From assembly GCA_002495645.1 (NCBI GenBank), contig DAGF01000091.1, positions 1 to 49,476 on the forward strand: a stretch of 49,476 nt of DNA, written 5' to 3'. The position numbers and the translations under genes were made by a program. Origin of the DNA: Euryarchaeota archaeon UBA549. GTDB lineage: Archaea > Thermoplasmatota > Poseidoniia > Poseidoniales > Poseidoniaceae. Under the pieces are notes generated by a model. That model did not search any database. It saw nothing but the letters and a program-made list of their open reading frames with translations, and was not told the DNA's origin. Below are positions 49,201 to 49,476 of the stretch, piece after piece (the stretch's first letter is position 1; each line of letters opens with the position of its first letter).

Positions 49201-49395
49201 AGAGGCGGCCGAGATGTAGGTATCAGCGTTCGCTGAATGGTAGGAAACGGCCCGCTGCACGGTGTTTTCATCTTCCAACTCAGACCAACCTTCCATGGTT
49301 TGAGGCAGGGAAAGGTCAGCGAAGATAAACATCAAAACGAGCAAAAGCGCGGTGGCTTGGGGACGAAGGATTCGTACGCTACGCATGGGACTCAT
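40207..49395 (-). CDS. Giant (3062 aa) surface protein: seven DNRLRE/CBM96-like domains alternating with FnIII-like domains, Ig-like stalk, TM and acidic/Pro/Trp-rich tail
   Basis: Seven DTY[IL]-type starts paired with RPxL-type ends, six (Y/W)WRVRA...G.WS-type FnIII-like spacers, D..GN Ig repeats, TM at about 40531-40602. Confidence 0.8.
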   Translation of the reverse strand: MSPMRSVRILRPQATALLLVLMFIFADLSLPQTMEGWSELEDENTVQRAVSYHSANADTYISAASPSSTFNTSVSGTLADGVGQASRLLLRFPMNFTSSDTVHEASVALQCTTDVLGPAELTAYVATMDRLWNGSHASWVAYDNGQLWSTAGAEGAADRGEWEPPTTLTGNGTLTLNVTALAQDAAKSNAGNLSLVVSSFGASYDCGMSEALSASNRPQLTMDTTNNTAATSGATVSTDLPVEDGAPWMKADFLLQAVTTPTLSYDQNTGTDVEIQLSNDADWRSESDEAWHFSTLWSTFASTGTSGAYDLPSSLALVNGTTMHMRIRAVDSNDQWGPWDSTSFMLPTHNVVDNGDGTATMTFGPTDTGLESNFLQDATVSETSKTITYGDASTLEASMTSSKERLIHFRASLNQLGLHDNLTIVNAEMKLTRSSYTGDPMISIHGMEESGLWTEDGITWNRMSTNGFSWYDGGRSNGTAAFALADGNQTSSSFTFDLDHAVQNYLDGGDDAPLDMLIAVRGKYESYTNGEGIQFHSAEASNPSDTPSFSLTYEWGSGTPPTSVNLTAPAEGLAIWNQTGHNLSGNTQPSLNWTSPSTGDDILFELATDEDFRLRELRVDTRVDSDFSPSDGTLPMTGAKTLEVGNMYFWRMATVDSDDHYGEWVSSSFLVSSAESTWLGGDRHEFRMKHGNGSQDNQYPACMDTYIDSAASTDNFDGDSEMTIDYNPSGGEITALLGCNLVSNLLPNGYAVESAHLSMTLTSTTFGSPTIAVWESSEHDWNAEDATWASYDGSNAWDTAGAKGAERGSLLDSVSVGNSFFEGDSVEWNVTLAVQNAMREDRRVDFIAGMLGAGSGGARTAYFSTAEDSMANRPELSFVYVPGSDALPSDPAPSLPLNGSWSIGAGVDLTPIAQPELVWNFAGSMALAGYIVQLDTQSDFSSVNSLTYTSWNDAGFDVTNTSFTLQSDLDDGKTWYWRVRAVSATNQIGNWSSSYHFQLPDLNTVVFNSTKASVELRHHGALPHLNTPHLVDTYVIENGSGSDDTHENATTLRVGEQSTGYQSAALIRIPLAEVPQPSGARVTGAELSLFAEYGSPEDEPVAIRPVLQPWTTSANATTYDGTNTWSERGGRDIGVDVGSYVDLVDSVEDDWMDFDVTEAVQGALANSQNFVSLMVYTSSQTTDEIIFTSTEGSASERPYLTLTWEDGTVATPTVSGVNSAPTSGSIVWDAASHALQADRSPTFSWTYSGATAVSDWRVFIQTDANDDMAGLFTYDSRTTPSDFDTTNLTFTPSSDLTFAQEIRWMVQPINNGMLGPRSASTSFYLPNDVGQEINSTHANLSIQEGSIVASLSYPSVTQDTYLDTGSIYTNRGSSSSLYVGRSQVSTSNPNLRSMSLMNMNFSALPMPGTYEVVNASLEFTVVNAYQSTLIAVSEMTSQWSESSVYAYPAGNTSSWAQTGGFTIRDSDIPFNAAQWVNETGTAAFNVTAYVQHALKNNMAELDIVLFPVELETGVDGRVQFASSEASNIDVRPRLNLTYRIVEAWVPSQPTGLTPLDGITLWNTSTPRPSGLNSTDFTFNLTYSNHTQIAACGGGDPLFLNEEITTCWTHDEIMAGLYGNDTFDFLNNTYSNTNLSKGDFWIYWRVRADQGDRIGEWSSVNKYRVPEDQGSDDGNGNHTLNLSRGSIFDYTGQLPMVEDVEIDSNATVNRGGSNTMVLGVNGLGTGQSRILMEFDLSNIPWPSAMTPTQMMLRMYQPGVSGTSSTTIAAYACSGFTESSVVWATAPTCSTTEITRSTLTLNNPFGWVEWDLTSLAQSNIANGNTTMTFMLAMIGSTGSSHSFYSSEHSDDAYHPHLVLDYVDNVNGIVPPGQPMLTSPADGQVLYAEADGLLTPSTQPVLTWTPVSGATGYIVTIANESGVYKFRSWEDSEITNTTFRFSDNLTEGQLFSWWVQGVNQSIPGPSSSRWSFAVGDPDHTFNNDYTYTYRFQTGSEIAAFGHTNVQDTAVYSEYANTNFAGEQTISAGTFCGTLYGDECRINVALNAGQVPFAQYQQVHSASLGMYVESWTSVQGATSVAFNVHPITNANWGAASATWNGTTAGGTWGAPGMQAGVDYGDAVSTTVVNVDTTGWVWFDVSTAGMTISNQQAWVIIGTPNNNGYAHATFYSGTATNVNYRPQILFNTTNITSVAISSSGGTTTTDADTAVNFNSVAYDHLSMVQSPPMTWSSSSGNIGSNGLFTPNTAGVTTITSCFGLVCGHQNITVTPGAATELVVTPLSATITADETLTITANMVDQHGNMVPGEPITYTPTNGSMSAVVPNIFQPYAVGSHVVRVAHNVPSGEFVDVAVTVEAGVPSYFVLGGCEGTVPAGVWCDISIDLYDQFGNALDIADAGDLTWSTTNGNYSEIDQKYFPDHVGVWWLNLTSASGAMDELQITVGHGAIDYLELNASSTSITADDRVYINTTRVDVRGNRLTVVLPADNWTKTSDGQLTPGAPATWDPVKTGSKILEARYETELTQIVIDVSRGQTQTLRITVDDEIATWQHFDITADDTLEAKIFAIDAKGNQWAVPESNWSLDHPTISDASNFLEVLTGDATTFTPYYASDLPYTLTATYSDENTDLSVSINITVDHGMLNTVTIEAVANDPLRSTGALIEVTSDFAVDFTSELFDTDNNRISSDELTWLEVNVATGDVQDITTQLLLDGMRWEATTVGEWRIDAYSISGTGFNISDSVSITVLHGEAVTVAADLSTTSPTAGDRVDIQVTGTDADGNQFPQDVEWTEDGASVPTLSIITSSEGTYTYDAEVAGVHTLQYSVGGAVSTAEITVSAQNTVARLEVNLSTDSLEQLASLEVAIRAFDAFDNEIPVPGSVQVESTGRGTSSMTSSDLWTVTTLDDGPQTITVSVGAVRVNEEITVIGNFQGFFEAGGTLYYVGAGLLALVAIVLLVLGVMFMRNSGGSDDWDDDDYDDDDDDERPSGPTGPAPGPTGPAPGPTGPAPGPSGPAPGPSGPPPEEAPAEDEEVEEELETTFDEDGVEWWEDEDGTWWYRNPGEEEWQEYTD
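40354..40464 (-). repeat. Coding 21-bp tandem repeat, five GP[TS]GP[AP]P heptads
   Basis: Translates as PS-GPTGPAP-GPTGPAP-GPTGPAP-GPSGPAP-GPSGPPP, with synonymous variation between units. Confidence 0.9.
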
Positions 49396-49476
49396 CCCTT
49401 ACACCACTCCCCATTATAGGGACTTTTCCCTCTTACGGATTGCGAGGCCCAAATCATATCACTGAATTTCAAGAGG

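Overview
Gene-dense, high-GC archaeal chromosomal segment with no recognisable mobile element, RNA gene or CRISPR array. TFB, ribosomal L40e, membrane-anchored LonB, UPF0147, archaeal AspRS, TrmI and several giant acidic membrane-anchored proteins with Trp/Pro-rich tails suggest Marine Group II (Ca. Poseidoniales); this taxonomy is inference. Housekeeping genes (purA, tfb, rpl40e, lonB, trmI, aspS, panB) are interleaved with five large secreted single-pass surface proteins. The most notable region is a catabolic cluster at about 24.6-37.1 kb. It encodes a two-subunit 2-aminophenol 1,6-dioxygenase-like enzyme whose alpha subunit is fused to a Rid-family (2-aminomuconate deaminase-like) domain, an aminomuconate-semialdehyde dehydrogenase-like ALDH translationally coupled to a luciferase-like monooxygenase and an asparaginase-II-like hydrolase, plus an SDR, an alpha/beta hydrolase and an APC permease. 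Together these look like an archaeal aminoaromatic meta-cleavage pathway with an unknown upper route. All product calls come from motif recognition by eye, with no database searches; several start codons were moved from the ORF track to more plausible positions.
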